DNA of 64,000 bases from Candidatus Altimarinota bacterium (GCA_041242255.1 JBESAV010000001.1:384001-448000), one strand, 5' to 3'. Numbered from the stretch's first letter, positions 29,977 through 40,351 are shown. Made by a program: numbers and translations. The notes: generated by a model from the letters alone, not told the origin.

Positions 29977-30762
29977 CTAGGATTCTTGCACCGCAGTTAC
30001 CGTCCCACCTACGTATTGCACGCAGAGAAGAGGGAATACAAATGCTTGAATCAAACCAGAAAAAATACTTAAGAAGATAAACGGGATAGGTACTAACCAG
30101 AAAGTAATAGGTGCTGCAATAAACGAAATAATAACAACCATCAGCTCTCCGGCTAAAACATTACCAAACAAACGAGCTGAAAGTGATACAACTTTCGCAA
30201 TTTCACCTACTATATCAAGTAGTCCCAAGAAAAATTCTAAAAAGGCATTCGGTACATCCTTCACTGACCTTATCTTCAAAAACTCACCAACTTTAATAAA
30301 CTGACCAATATGTTTTAAAGGAGCAGTTTTTAGAGCTAAAAGATGAGACATTCCAACAATCACAAAAGCAATTGCAATTGGTAAACTAAAGTGAGCAGTT
30401 GGAGTTTTTAAAAGTTTAACTCCATCTCCTGTCACTATGTCACCAATCAATGGTAGTACATAAAATTGATTAGCCACAAAGAACATCAAGAACATTGCCA
30501 ACATTAGGGGAGTGAACTGCTTAGCTCTCTCTCGAGAACCAAATGCTGTTTCAAGATTATCAGCAAAGAAAGTAATCAAACCTTCAAGCACAACTTGCAG
30601 TCTAGAAGGAACAACTCCTACCTTTCTATTTAGTAAAACACCAACTAGCAATACAATCCCAGTCAATATCCACATAGCCAGCATTGCGTTCGTTACACCA
30701 AAAGAACCAATGTTAAATACAACATCAGGAGCAAGGCTTAAAGTTGGCATTTCAAAATTCAT
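29977..30762 (-). CDS. atpB: ATP synthase a subunit
   Basis: SLSARLFGNVLAGE, IQAFVF. Confidence 0.95.
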   Translation of the reverse strand: MNFEMPTLSLAPDVVFNIGSFGVTNAMLAMWILTGIVLLVGVLLNRKVGVVPSRLQVVLEGLITFFADNLETAFGSRERAKQFTPLMLAMFLMFFVANQFYVLPLIGDIVTGDGVKLLKTPTAHFSLPIAIAFVIVGMSHLLALKTAPLKHIGQFIKVGEFLKIRSVKDVPNAFLEFFLGLLDIVGEIAKVVSLSARLFGNVLAGELMVVIISFIAAPITFWLVPIPFIFLSIFSGLIQAFVFPLLCVQYVGGTVTAVQES

Positions 30763-31010
30763 GATTTCTTATTTAAATTCTCAGGGAAGTTTCTAAACTT
30801 TTTATAAATTACAAATTGGGTAGTCGGAAATCCTATCAGCAAACCAGCAATCATACCCAACGGCTTAGTTCCAAAATTTACATCTACTAGATACCCCAGT
30901 CCTGCAAAAAGTGCAACTATTAAAACAGTAATAAACAAAACCCTCAAAGTTATCTGCAGATGATTTCTGCCGATCAAAACCTCTTTCATCTCTTCATTTT
31001 TCTTGTCCAT
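30759..31010 (-). CDS. AtpZ/AtpI-like small membrane protein
   Basis: GLGYLVDVNFGTKP motif; first gene of the operon; ATGA overlap with atpB. Confidence 0.75.
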   Translation of the reverse strand: MDKKNEEMKEVLIGRNHLQITLRVLFITVLIVALFAGLGYLVDVNFGTKPLGMIAGLLIGFPTTQFVIYKKFRNFPENLNKKS

Positions 31011-31157
31011 AAGGTTGCTATTACTGAAAGCGGCCATAGGATAAGCCCTTCCCCCCAAAAATCAAGCCCAATTATCACTCTAAAAATACATTTAACATTT
31101 TCCAACTTCCCCCAAAACAAAAATTCAACTATTCTACCCTCAAATTAAACCTATACC

Positions 31158-33047
31158 ATGAAGCTAAAACAATCTCTCAAAAACTTTCTGAAAGTATTTG
31201 TAGTATTCGCAATCATTTTTAATCTCCTTTATCTAGCCAAAATCAACTTCTCGGTTAATCACATAAAATCAAATCTAAAGGAAACAGAACAAATCACAAA
31301 CGAACTAAAAGTTTTAAAGGGTGATCTTTTTATCGACCAAAAAAACGAAGAGTCTCAAGAAAATCTTCTCTCAAGTCTGATTAGTAAGATAGAACAATAC
31401 GACTTATCCCAAACCACTGAAAACTCTAAACAAGAAATCATAGCCTTTATTCAAAACCATTCTGATTTATCCTTACCGGAGGAGTACTACACATCAAAAA
31501 ACTCAATCAATTCGTTCTCAGTTTTAAATCCTACAGATCAGAGCCTCATAACAGTTTCTTACGACAACCTATCGGAGATCCTAACACTCGAGTCATACTT
31601 GAAAACAGATACATACACCCCTTATCAGTTTCAAGCCTTTCAAGATGACCTCCAACCACTTCTCAAACAAGAATCCCTGACTCAACAAACAAAACTACAC
31701 AACAATTATCAAAGTTTTCTTCAATTAAACCAATCCATTCTAGAAGATCCAAGATTCTTAACCTTACAAGAAAAGTCGCTAGAGCAAATCCCAGCCTTCC
31801 ATTCTTCACAGACTGCTTATCTAAACTTTCTAAAACAAGGTGAAAGGATGCTTTCTATCCAGTCAGATCTAGTTACAGACACCTACAAGCTTTTCGATCA
31901 ATCAAATCAGCTCATCACCACTTCTCAGGATCAAGACTCAATAATAGACAGTCTATATAGCTCAATAGAATCAAAACAATTCCCAACAATCCTCGAAAAA
32001 AATATACAAGCCAAAATCACTTTCATAGAAAACATACTCAACAACACTGACTTCTTAAAAACTCTCCAAGACAAGAATTTCTCTATCTCAGAGACAACAA
32101 ATTCAAACAATGAGTACTCAGTATCAGTTTTAGATCAATCAGATCAAATCATTCTGACTCTTAATATAGACAAGCAAACAGCTCAGACTTTCTTAACTTT
32201 CCAAAACGAAACCGAACAACTTAACTTCAAAGATCTAGGTTTCGAACTTCCAGAAATCCAAAAAGAAACAGAGAACCACCTTATACTCGGAAAACATGGA
32301 AGCCTCACTGACACCATTATCATCGCCAATTTCAACAACCAAACTAAACAAGTAAAACTTATCTCATTACCAAGAGACCTTTATTTGGAAAACAAAAAAA
32401 TAAACTCAATCTATGCCTACCGTGGACTAGAGGCATTAGTAGATGAAGTCGAATCCATTTCAGGACTAAACATAGACAAGTATGCACTAATCGACATGTA
32501 CACCTTCATTGATGTAGTAGATAAGCTTGGCGGTATTGAAGTAGAACTAACTAAACCCCTAATCGATCCAAGTTACACAACTTTTGATGACAACCAGTGG
32601 GGGACACTAAACCTATCTGCAGGAAAGCATCAAGTTAACGGTCGCCAAGCACTAAGAATAGCTCGTTCTAGACACTCTACCTCAGATTTCGACCGAGCTT
32701 ACCGCCAACATCTCATTTTGTCTGGATTCCAAAACCGCATTCATGAACTCGGAATCAAAGACACCAAAACCATAACAGAAATAGGTCTACTAGGCTTAGA
32801 GTCAACCGAAACCAATCTCAACTTCCAAGACACACTAAAGTACTACTCACGCTACAAAGATTATGAAGTACAAGACTCAGTCGTTCTATCAACTGCTAAC
32901 ATCCTAGAATCCACATACACTGGAGCCTTAAACAGCACTCCAAACGCCACTGAAGAAGCTAAAAACAGGGGAGCCTACATTCTTCTACCCAAAAACAATG
33001 ACTGGTCACTCATTAAAACATTTATCTATAGTTTTCTTAGTCGTTAA
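31158..33047 (+). CDS. LytR-CpsA-Psr (LCP) family protein with long N-terminal extension
   Basis: LTDTIII, LISLPRDL, KINSIY, VDKLGGIEV, ALRIARSRH, SDFDRAYRQ in the C-terminal ~260 aa; one N-terminal TM. Confidence 0.88.
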   Translation: MKLKQSLKNFLKVFVVFAIIFNLLYLAKINFSVNHIKSNLKETEQITNELKVLKGDLFIDQKNEESQENLLSSLISKIEQYDLSQTTENSKQEIIAFIQNHSDLSLPEEYYTSKNSINSFSVLNPTDQSLITVSYDNLSEILTLESYLKTDTYTPYQFQAFQDDLQPLLKQESLTQQTKLHNNYQSFLQLNQSILEDPRFLTLQEKSLEQIPAFHSSQTAYLNFLKQGERMLSIQSDLVTDTYKLFDQSNQLITTSQDQDSIIDSLYSSIESKQFPTILEKNIQAKITFIENILNNTDFLKTLQDKNFSISETTNSNNEYSVSVLDQSDQIILTLNIDKQTAQTFLTFQNETEQLNFKDLGFELPEIQKETENHLILGKHGSLTDTIIIANFNNQTKQVKLISLPRDLYLENKKINSIYAYRGLEALVDEVESISGLNIDKYALIDMYTFIDVVDKLGGIEVELTKPLIDPSYTTFDDNQWGTLNLSAGKHQVNGRQALRIARSRHSTSDFDRAYRQHLILSGFQNRIHELGIKDTKTITEIGLLGLESTETNLNFQDTLKYYSRYKDYEVQDSVVLSTANILESTYTGALNSTPNATEEAKNRGAYILLPKNNDWSLIKTFIYSFLSR

Positions 33048-34435
33048 CCAAGTTTAACCACCTGCCCACGATTTGGCACAGTGATATCAACCTCAGGTCT
33101 TATCTCACCCAAAATATCCTTAAAGGTAAGACCTTGAGACTCTTCACCATGTACTAAGAATGCCTCTTTTAGACCTTTCATGTGTGACACAAAGTCTATC
33201 AGATCACTTCGATCTGCATGTCCTGAGAATGCATCCACCACAGCTACTTCAGCTCGTACCCTGTAAGAGTCTCCAAATATTTTCACATTTTTCTCTCCAT
33301 CTAGAATCTTTCTCCCCAAAGTATTCGCAGCTTGATATCCAACTACTAAGATTAAGTTAGCTGGATCTTCAATATTATTCTTCAAATGATGCAAAACTCT
33401 ACCATGCTCCATCATCCCAGAAGCAGATATAATAATCATTGGTCCTTTTTTAGAGTTCAAAGCTTTAGAATCATTCACATCTTGAATATACCTCAAAAGC
33501 CCAAACCCAAAAGGATTTACACCATTATGCAGAAACTCTTCATAAACCTGTTTACTAAAACTCTCGGGGTGAGATCTAAACACCTGAGTTACGTTTACAG
33601 CTAGGGGACTATCCACATAAACCGGTATTCTTGGAATTCTTCCAGTCTGCGTCAAAAGGTTTAGGTAATAAACAACCTCTTGCGTTCTCTCCAGTGCAAA
33701 CGCTGGAATAATTATCTTCCCACCTCGCTTTACAGTTTTATTTACTAGCTCTTCAAAATATTCATCTACGTCATCAATGAACTTATGAAATCGATTTCCA
33801 TAAGTTGTTTCAGTTATCAAGTAATCAGAATGCTCAATGTATTCAGGATCTCTAAGTATAGGTAAGCCTTTTCGTCCCAGATCTCCTGTGAAAGTAAGTG
33901 TTTTTCTCTTACCATCTTCTTTGTCATCAATCTCCAAGAAAGTAATAGCCGAACCCAAAATATGCCCAGCATCAAAGAAAGTCATATGAACTCCAGGCAC
34001 TACTTCTGTTCTACGATGGTATGCCACTGTCATCATAAGCTTCATAGTTTCCATAACTTCCTCTTCAGTATATAGAGGCTCTACAACTTTACCTTTTCTT
34101 TTCAAAATATATTCAACTTCTCTTTGCTGAATGTAAGCACTATCCATAAGCATGTGTGTACAAAGATCTCTTGTAGCTGAAGTTGTGTAAATAGGTCCTT
34201 TAAAACCAAGTTTTACAAGATAAGGCAAATCCCCAGAATGATCCATGTGAGCGTGCGACAAAATCACAGCATCAATAACCGAAGCATCAAACATCAGGTC
34301 TTTATTCTTTTCCATCGATTCTTTCCGTCTTCCTTGGAAGATACCACAATCAAGAAGTATATTCTTTCCATTCACCTGCAATAAATGCTTAGAACCAGTC
34401 ACTTCTCGGGCTGCCCCATAAAAACCTAATTTCAC
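33044..34435 (-). CDS. MBL-fold beta-CASP ribonuclease
   Basis: GAAREVTGS, SHAHMDH, AGHILGS, ETTYG, FSGHAD, LVHGE. Confidence 0.93.
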   Translation of the reverse strand: MKLGFYGAAREVTGSKHLLQVNGKNILLDCGIFQGRRKESMEKNKDLMFDASVIDAVILSHAHMDHSGDLPYLVKLGFKGPIYTTSATRDLCTHMLMDSAYIQQREVEYILKRKGKVVEPLYTEEEVMETMKLMMTVAYHRRTEVVPGVHMTFFDAGHILGSAITFLEIDDKEDGKRKTLTFTGDLGRKGLPILRDPEYIEHSDYLITETTYGNRFHKFIDDVDEYFEELVNKTVKRGGKIIIPAFALERTQEVVYYLNLLTQTGRIPRIPVYVDSPLAVNVTQVFRSHPESFSKQVYEEFLHNGVNPFGFGLLRYIQDVNDSKALNSKKGPMIIISASGMMEHGRVLHHLKNNIEDPANLILVVGYQAANTLGRKILDGEKNVKIFGDSYRVRAEVAVVDAFSGHADRSDLIDFVSHMKGLKEAFLVHGEESQGLTFKDILGEIRPEVDITVPNRGQVVKLG

Positions 34436-34482
34436 AATACAATATTAAATCTTATAATATTATACCAGAAATTAATAACTCA

Positions 34483-34905
34483 CTAAAGCTCATCATCCCT
34501 TATAAAATCAACCGAACAGTTAAATTTACCTCTGTGAGCTCTTGGAGTAAAACTATTGTAGTGTTCTGTATATTCATTATATATATTCGCAACATGATCC
34601 TGAATCTCACTTATTTCAGAAATGTCAGTAATGATCCGATTAAAAAATGCAATTTTAAAAGACCTATTAAGAGCATGCCATCTATCATATCTATCAAATC
34701 TTCCAACTATCAATCTATACAGAGTATCTAGTTCCTCAGCAGTAAAGTCTTCAAATCCCAAAACTACCGAATCATCAAACGCTTCCTTTATCAAGGATTC
34801 CTCCATTTTCAAAAGCTTATTTATGTTTGCAAAATCTTCAGCCTCGGTATAAGGTTCCCGATTCAAAAGATTCTCTAAATATAAAATCGGTGTACTTCTC
34901 TGCAT
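34483..34905 (-). CDS. Hypothetical protein
   Basis: 140 aa ORF with TTTAA-N9-ATG upstream; no family recognised. Confidence 0.55.
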   Translation of the reverse strand: MQRSTPILYLENLLNREPYTEAEDFANINKLLKMEESLIKEAFDDSVVLGFEDFTAEELDTLYRLIVGRFDRYDRWHALNRSFKIAFFNRIITDISEISEIQDHVANIYNEYTEHYNSFTPRAHRGKFNCSVDFIRDDEL

Positions 34906-34923
34906 ATCTAAACTTTAAATTGC

Positions 34924-35976
34924 TCAAAATTTTCTTACCCATTCCCTCAAATCTTCCCATTTCAACCATCCATCAATCAAGAAATACTTTGATTCAGAAA
35001 CATTTATGAAACCTAACCTAGCCGACTCTTCAATATAGTTCCCATAAGGCGACCATTTACTGTCTTTAAAAGCATAAACCCTCAAATCTTCCGGATGCCT
35101 ATTCCTATACATTGTACGATACACAGCAGTCAGAGCAACATCTCTCCTTACAAAAGCCGAATCACTTTCTATATCAACTTCTCGACCAGTCACTATCTTC
35201 ATATATCTTTCAAAGTCTTCTTCTAATACATATCCTTTCGCATCATCAAAACTCCATTTTTTATCAATAGAGTAAACAGTGCCACCATAATTATACTCAT
35301 CTATAGAGTATGGAGACTCCACTGGCCTAGCTCCATCCCATTCTATAAAGTCCACATCATCACTGTGCTTGTAGTTTAACCTATCATAATAGGGCTCCGT
35401 ACAAGTTCCAGGCATACCTGGAAGAACTCCATCAAAATTACAAACCAATCCCATTTCACATCTATTTCTAGAAGAGAACCCACAGCTTCCTCCCAAACTT
35501 GATACCCTAGACACTTCCTCTAATACTTTAAAATCAACAACCATGTCTTCCACAGGATTTACCTCAAAAACAGCTCGATACGTACCAGCTTCTAGTCCAC
35601 CAATGTAAAAATCAACATTGACCTCCTCATCAGGCATAAGCCTTAAATCACCATAGTCAAAGTTGATACAAGTTCCATCACCCAAAGACTTATCCCTAAT
35701 AATTCTCTTATCATTATTCAAAAGCCTGTATCCAACATGACAATTAGAGTCTAAGGGCACACTGACCGGATTTCTGCTTATATTTTTTATAGTCACATAA
35801 GCATGATATTCCGCCCCATATGAGATCACTGGGTGATCTGCATTCAAAGTTACTTTTACGTTTCTCCAGGCATCTATATAAGATGTCTTATAAAAATTTG
35901 AGGCGTACCCAATTGCGGGTAGTAACATCATCACTAATGCAACTTTCAACCATAAAAGGCTACCTCTTATTTTCAT
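34924..35976 (-). CDS. Secreted mosaic protein (Ig/BsuPI-like + Cys-rich + degenerate SLH)
   Basis: Signal peptide; VTIKNIS..PV...C...C; GGSCG..RCEMGLVC...GTC; FKDSKWSPYGNYIEESARLGFI. Confidence 0.6.
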   Translation of the reverse strand: MKIRGSLLWLKVALVMMLLPAIGYASNFYKTSYIDAWRNVKVTLNADHPVISYGAEYHAYVTIKNISRNPVSVPLDSNCHVGYRLLNNDKRIIRDKSLGDGTCINFDYGDLRLMPDEEVNVDFYIGGLEAGTYRAVFEVNPVEDMVVDFKVLEEVSRVSSLGGSCGFSSRNRCEMGLVCNFDGVLPGMPGTCTEPYYDRLNYKHSDDVDFIEWDGARPVESPYSIDEYNYGGTVYSIDKKWSFDDAKGYVLEEDFERYMKIVTGREVDIESDSAFVRRDVALTAVYRTMYRNRHPEDLRVYAFKDSKWSPYGNYIEESARLGFINVSESKYFLIDGWLKWEDLREWVRKF

Positions 35977-35985
35977 AAGATAAGC

Positions 35986-36072
35986 TTAATATAAATTCAC
36001 TGTCGAAAGTACAAAGGTAACAACTGATAGAAGTAGTAGAGTGTATAAATAGCTACTCTGGCTAACCTTCAT
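35986..36072 (-). CDS. Putative 28-aa hydrophobic small protein (below the ORF-track cut-off)
   Basis: ATG..TAA encoding MKVSQSSYLYTLLLLSVVTFVLSTVNLY; TTTAA-N8-ATG upstream; ends 9 nt before the next start. Confidence 0.45.
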   Translation of the reverse strand: MKVSQSSYLYTLLLLSVVTFVLSTVNLY

Positions 36073-36180
36073 ATATTGGATTAAATTGTCCCGTGTGCAT
36101 CCATTACTAATCAACGAGATGTGATTATACATACTCTATTTCTGAATGCAAGCATAAATATTGACAAAATAGCAATTTTG

Positions 36181-37110
36181 TTAGTTCATATGCTTCTTGT
36201 GCACTTCTTTAAGCTGTTTATTGGTCACGTGTGTGTATATTTGAGTAGTTTGAATTGATGAGTGTCCAAGCATCTCTTGTACTGCACGCAAGTCTGCCCC
36301 TTCATTCAAAAGGGTAGTCGCAAAACTATGCCTCAAGGTATGAGGAGTCACTTTTTTTCTAATCCCAGCTTCTAAAGCCTTATTGCGAATCATTTCCTGG
36401 ATACTATACGCAGATAACCTCATAACATCATTTTTTTGTTGTTTAGTCTCACATTTTTCTAGCTTTTTATGAGGCGTCCTATCCCTAATAAATAGGGGAG
36501 CATAGTCATCTTTTCTTTCTTTCAGATACTGCTTTATACATAGCTTAGCTGAAGAATTCAAAAAAACAGGTCTAGGTTTATCACCTTTACCTCTAACCAT
36601 AAATTCTCCTTCTTCTAGGTCGACATCTTCCTTATTTAATCCTACTAGCTCAGAAATCCTTAAACCAGTCGAATAAAGTGTGTAAGCAATAGCTCTATCT
36701 CTAAGATCTCTTAATGTTTTTCCCTGAAAGCTACCTAAAAATCTCTCCACTTCCTCCGGTCTCAAGAAATCAACCGATCTTCTAGAGGTTTTACCCAGAT
36801 CAATTTTCTCAGGAGCCACCACCTTATAGTCCATCTTCACCAAATATTTAAGCAAAGCTCTTAGTGCAATAATATGATAATTCTGTGTTTTCTTAGACAT
36901 TTCCTTTTTGGCAGGCCCAACTTTCATACGATTCAAATGAAGCCTATATTCTTGAACATCATCAAGACCAATTTTTTCAATATCAACATCACCCCAAAAT
37001 TCTTCAGCTCGCCTTAAATAAAGCTGATAGTTCTCAATCGTTTTCGGCGACTGTTGTTTTTCGACCTCACAATGTATCAAAAATTTATGAATTGCCTCAC
37101 TCAATTTCAT
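36181..37110 (-). CDS. XerC/XerD-like tyrosine recombinase
   Basis: SAM-like N-domain; RDRAI..LYSTGLRISEL, GKGDK, HTLRHSFAT, LGH, TTQIYTH. Confidence 0.92.
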   Translation of the reverse strand: MKLSEAIHKFLIHCEVEKQQSPKTIENYQLYLRRAEEFWGDVDIEKIGLDDVQEYRLHLNRMKVGPAKKEMSKKTQNYHIIALRALLKYLVKMDYKVVAPEKIDLGKTSRRSVDFLRPEEVERFLGSFQGKTLRDLRDRAIAYTLYSTGLRISELVGLNKEDVDLEEGEFMVRGKGDKPRPVFLNSSAKLCIKQYLKERKDDYAPLFIRDRTPHKKLEKCETKQQKNDVMRLSAYSIQEMIRNKALEAGIRKKVTPHTLRHSFATTLLNEGADLRAVQEMLGHSSIQTTQIYTHVTNKQLKEVHKKHMN

Positions 37111-37202
37111 ATAAACAATTTAAACAACTAAATACTACCACACACCATAAGTTTTGCTATGATAGAATTATATTGTACAATAGTAGACACTTAATACATC
37201 AA

Positions 37203-37655
37203 ATGCGCTGTCCAAACTGCAACCACAATTCAACCAAAGTCGTAGACTCCCGTGAGGCCAACGACAATACAGAGATCAGAAGACGTCGCTCATGTCCAAA
37301 ATGTGAAAATCGTTTCACAACTTTCGAGCGACTAGCAGAAGTAAACATCTTAGTCCTCAAAAATAATCAAACCAGAGAACCTTACAACCGAGAAAAACTC
37401 GAACGTGGAATCTGGCGAGCCCTTGAGAAAAGAAATGTCACTCCTGACGAAATCAGCCAAATGATAGATAAACTTGAACTTAGTTGGATGAAAGATGGTC
37501 CAGAAGTAACCTCAGGGGAAATAGGCGAGTCAACCATGAAAGCTCTCAAAGAAATAGATGAGGTTGCCTATATCCGTTTCGCTTCAGTTTATAAGGACTT
37601 CAAAGACATTGAAACTTTCGAGAAAGAACTCAAGAAGCTTTCTACATCTCACTGA
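37203..37655 (+). CDS. nrdR: Transcriptional repressor NrdR
   Basis: MRCPNC...VVDSR...IRRRRSCPKC..RFTTFE, ATP cone, DEVAYIRFASVY; ATG at 37203. Confidence 0.96.
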   Translation: MRCPNCNHNSTKVVDSREANDNTEIRRRRSCPKCENRFTTFERLAEVNILVLKNNQTREPYNREKLERGIWRALEKRNVTPDEISQMIDKLELSWMKDGPEVTSGEIGESTMKALKEIDEVAYIRFASVYKDFKDIETFEKELKKLSTSH

Positions 37656-38790
37656 TACCTCTAGCAACAGCTTCAGCTACTCCCTCTTCAAAGGCAGTTG
37701 GTATAACTCTGTCTTCAGATGGGTTTTCAATCACTGCAGCAAGATTTTCAGCTGCTGCAATAAATACTTTAGAGCTAAAAGCCTTTTGCCCTGAATCTAA
37801 AATCCCTTTAAACAAGCCTGGAAATGCCAGAACGTTATTAACCTGATTTGGGTAATCAGCCCTTCCTGTAGCCACTATTTTTGCCCCAGCTTTTTTAGCT
37901 AAATCATAATCAATTTCAGGTACAGGATTCGCCAAAGCAAACACTATTGGATCCTTAGCCATACTTCTTATATCGTCTTCTCCCAAAAGATTTGCTACAG
38001 AAACACCAATAAAAATATCAGCACTCTCCAGGTTCTCCTTCAAACTCCCACGATACTCATGAGGGTTAGTTATCTCAACCAATGCATCTTTGTATTTATT
38101 CATACCTTCACGTCCCTTGTACATAACACCTCTACTATCTAAAACAGTTACATTTTTTGCTCCATACTCCAAAAGTAGCTTACTAATAGCGGTCCCGGCA
38201 GCTCCTGCTCCATTTACAATTATCTTACAATCCTCAATTTTTCGATCCGTAACCTTCAAAGCATTAATAATTCCGGCAAGTACCACAACAGCAGTCCCAT
38301 GTTGATCATCATGAAGCACTGGAATACCTAGACTCTCTACTAACCTTTGCTCAACCTCAAAGCACTCAGGAGCTTTAATATCTTCAAGATGAATTGCTCC
38401 AAATGTGGGCTCAATCATCTCACAAAATCGTACAATCTCGTCAACTGATTTAGATGATATACATAAAGGGAAAGCATCCAGATCAGCAAATTTCTTGAAG
38501 ACTAAAGATTTACCTTCCATCACAGGCAGTCCCGCTTCAGGTCCAATATTTCCAAATCCCAAAACTGCACTTCCATCCGAAACAACTGCTATACTTCTAG
38601 ATTTCATTGTATACTCAGAAACCTTAGATTTATCATCTCTGATCTCTTCAGTGGCATAAGCCATCCCAGGTGTATAAACCATTCCAAGGTCATCTAAACT
38701 ATCAAATTTTACTTTAGATGAAATCTCCACTTTACCCTTTGATTCTCTGTGAAATTGTAAAGCTTTTTCTCTTATATCTTTTGAACTCAT
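37642..38790 (-). CDS. NAD(P)-dependent malic enzyme
   Basis: YTPG, DGSAVLG, PVMEGK, LEDIKAP, HDDQHGTA, NGAGAAG, NQVNNVLAFPG. Confidence 0.94.
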   Translation of the reverse strand: MSSKDIREKALQFHRESKGKVEISSKVKFDSLDDLGMVYTPGMAYATEEIRDDKSKVSEYTMKSRSIAVVSDGSAVLGFGNIGPEAGLPVMEGKSLVFKKFADLDAFPLCISSKSVDEIVRFCEMIEPTFGAIHLEDIKAPECFEVEQRLVESLGIPVLHDDQHGTAVVVLAGIINALKVTDRKIEDCKIIVNGAGAAGTAISKLLLEYGAKNVTVLDSRGVMYKGREGMNKYKDALVEITNPHEYRGSLKENLESADIFIGVSVANLLGEDDIRSMAKDPIVFALANPVPEIDYDLAKKAGAKIVATGRADYPNQVNNVLAFPGLFKGILDSGQKAFSSKVFIAAAENLAAVIENPSEDRVIPTAFEEGVAEAVARGISEM

Positions 38791-38795
38791 TTTTT

Positions 38796-39023
38796 TTAGT
38801 TAGATGGAGGCGGACTAGTAGGACCTTTAATCACAGGAGGGGAGCTAGGCCCTTTCACGCTTGGAATCATACTACCAGATGCAGCATTATTTTCACTCTC
38901 AATATCAGTATTTTGGACTTCATCACCTACTTCAACTTCAAGGGGTTCAATATCTTCCAGCTCATTACCTCCACATGCTACTAGCAAAGCAACTATTCCA
39001 ATCAACAAAAATACTCTGTACAT
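38796..39023 (-). CDS. Small lipoprotein with duplicated Pro-rich tail
   Basis: MYRVFLLIGIVALLVAC lipobox; KGPSSPP and KGPTSPPP. Confidence 0.65.
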   Translation of the reverse strand: MYRVFLLIGIVALLVACGGNELEDIEPLEVEVGDEVQNTDIESENNAASGSMIPSVKGPSSPPVIKGPTSPPPSN

Positions 39024-39036
39024 CTTTTCAAAAAGT

Positions 39037-40350
39037 TTAAAAATCAATAGTTTCACCTTCCATAATATCCAAAATCACATCGTCAGCTCTCTCATACTTC
39101 AAAGTATAATCAATCAATGGTACATAGTAATAATCAACAGGCCCAGTCCCAACCCCAACAACATCGGTTTCAATAATAGTTTTATCAATAAACAACTCAA
39201 TCGTATCCATTCCAGCACCTTCAACTAAAATAGACTTTCGAACCTCATTCAGTCTTTCCTGAATAGTTGCAATTCCAGGTGAGTCAGAAGCTACAACCTG
39301 CCTAAACAAGGCTTCATAAACTTTCTCAAAGTCATATCTCTTTAAACTATCTCCATTAAATTCAACTTCACCAATAATAACTTTCCCATTCTCAACCCAG
39401 TAATGATATCTAATCATTCCTTCTCCAATATTCGACGCAATCAAAAACTTCCCATCTAACTTCGCTTCTTCATAAAATTCCCAACCAGACCCAAGTCCAG
39501 TTTTTACTTCACTAAGGTAATCATCTGCTCCAAGGTCTTCATTAATTCCGGACATATACATCAATGCCCTAGACTCATTTAACTCTCGATCTAGAAAATC
39601 AATTTTTAAACCTTCTTCCAGATCATTTCCAACCAAAACTCCATTTCCTCCAAAATCAAATGACTTCCATTCAACCGGCAAACTCAAACTAACTGCTGTT
39701 CTCCCAGAATGCTTTTTCCAATTATAAGTTATATCAAATTCACCGTTAGAAGGTAACGCTCTAACTCTATACATAAGCTCAGTAAATTCTGCCCTGCTCA
39801 TCAGTTTTCCTGGATTTAGACTTCCATCTACCTCTGAATCAAACAAGTTAACATCATACCCGTAACTAAACATATTCGAATACCATTGGCCTGCCCCAAT
39901 ATCCTCTCTGACATTTCTAAATTCTAAGCTAGTAGTATCAACACCCTTTGCTTCAAGCCCCATTTTCAAAGCTTCCACAAAGTTAACCTGATTCCCAGGT
40001 CTAAAGCTTCCATCACCATATCCTTGTACAATCCCTTTCTCAACTCCTACTGAAACATACTGCCCAAACCAATCGTCATCAGAAACATCATTGAAGATAA
40101 TTTCAGCTTGTTTAGAATTTTCCAATTGAAAGGCTATCAAAACAATCTTCAGTGCCTCAGCTCTATTAATCGGCTGATTTGGTTTGAAAGTTCCATCATC
40201 ATAACCCTGAATGATTCCTTCAGATGTAAACACATCAACAGCTTTAAAGTACTCAGACTCACGTTCTACATCCAGCAAATTTGCAGCCATACTAGCTTGA
40301 GTAGGAACTAAAATTATTCCAGCTAGTAAACTTAAAAGAACTTTTTTCAT
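39037..40350 (-). CDS. SLH domain surface protein
   Basis: Signal peptide; three SLH repeats (GIIQGYDDGTFKPNQPINRAEALK, GIVQGYGDGSFRP, MSRAEF). Confidence 0.88.
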   Translation of the reverse strand: MKKVLLSLLAGIILVPTQASMAANLLDVERESEYFKAVDVFTSEGIIQGYDDGTFKPNQPINRAEALKIVLIAFQLENSKQAEIIFNDVSDDDWFGQYVSVGVEKGIVQGYGDGSFRPGNQVNFVEALKMGLEAKGVDTTSLEFRNVREDIGAGQWYSNMFSYGYDVNLFDSEVDGSLNPGKLMSRAEFTELMYRVRALPSNGEFDITYNWKKHSGRTAVSLSLPVEWKSFDFGGNGVLVGNDLEEGLKIDFLDRELNESRALMYMSGINEDLGADDYLSEVKTGLGSGWEFYEEAKLDGKFLIASNIGEGMIRYHYWVENGKVIIGEVEFNGDSLKRYDFEKVYEALFRQVVASDSPGIATIQERLNEVRKSILVEGAGMDTIELFIDKTIIETDVVGVGTGPVDYYYVPLIDYTLKYERADDVILDIMEGETIDF

Positions 40351-40351
40351 T

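Noticed and set aside
36181-37110. Integron integrase with downstream orphan genes as cassettes
   Set aside because: The insertion after PLF lacks the IntI-specific motif (..RRHH), no attC-like repeats were seen, and the protein looks like a housekeeping Xer
37163-37178. NrdR box upstream of nrdR
   Set aside because: Only the right half (TATATTGT) matches, there is no tandem second box, and it overlaps a palindromic -10
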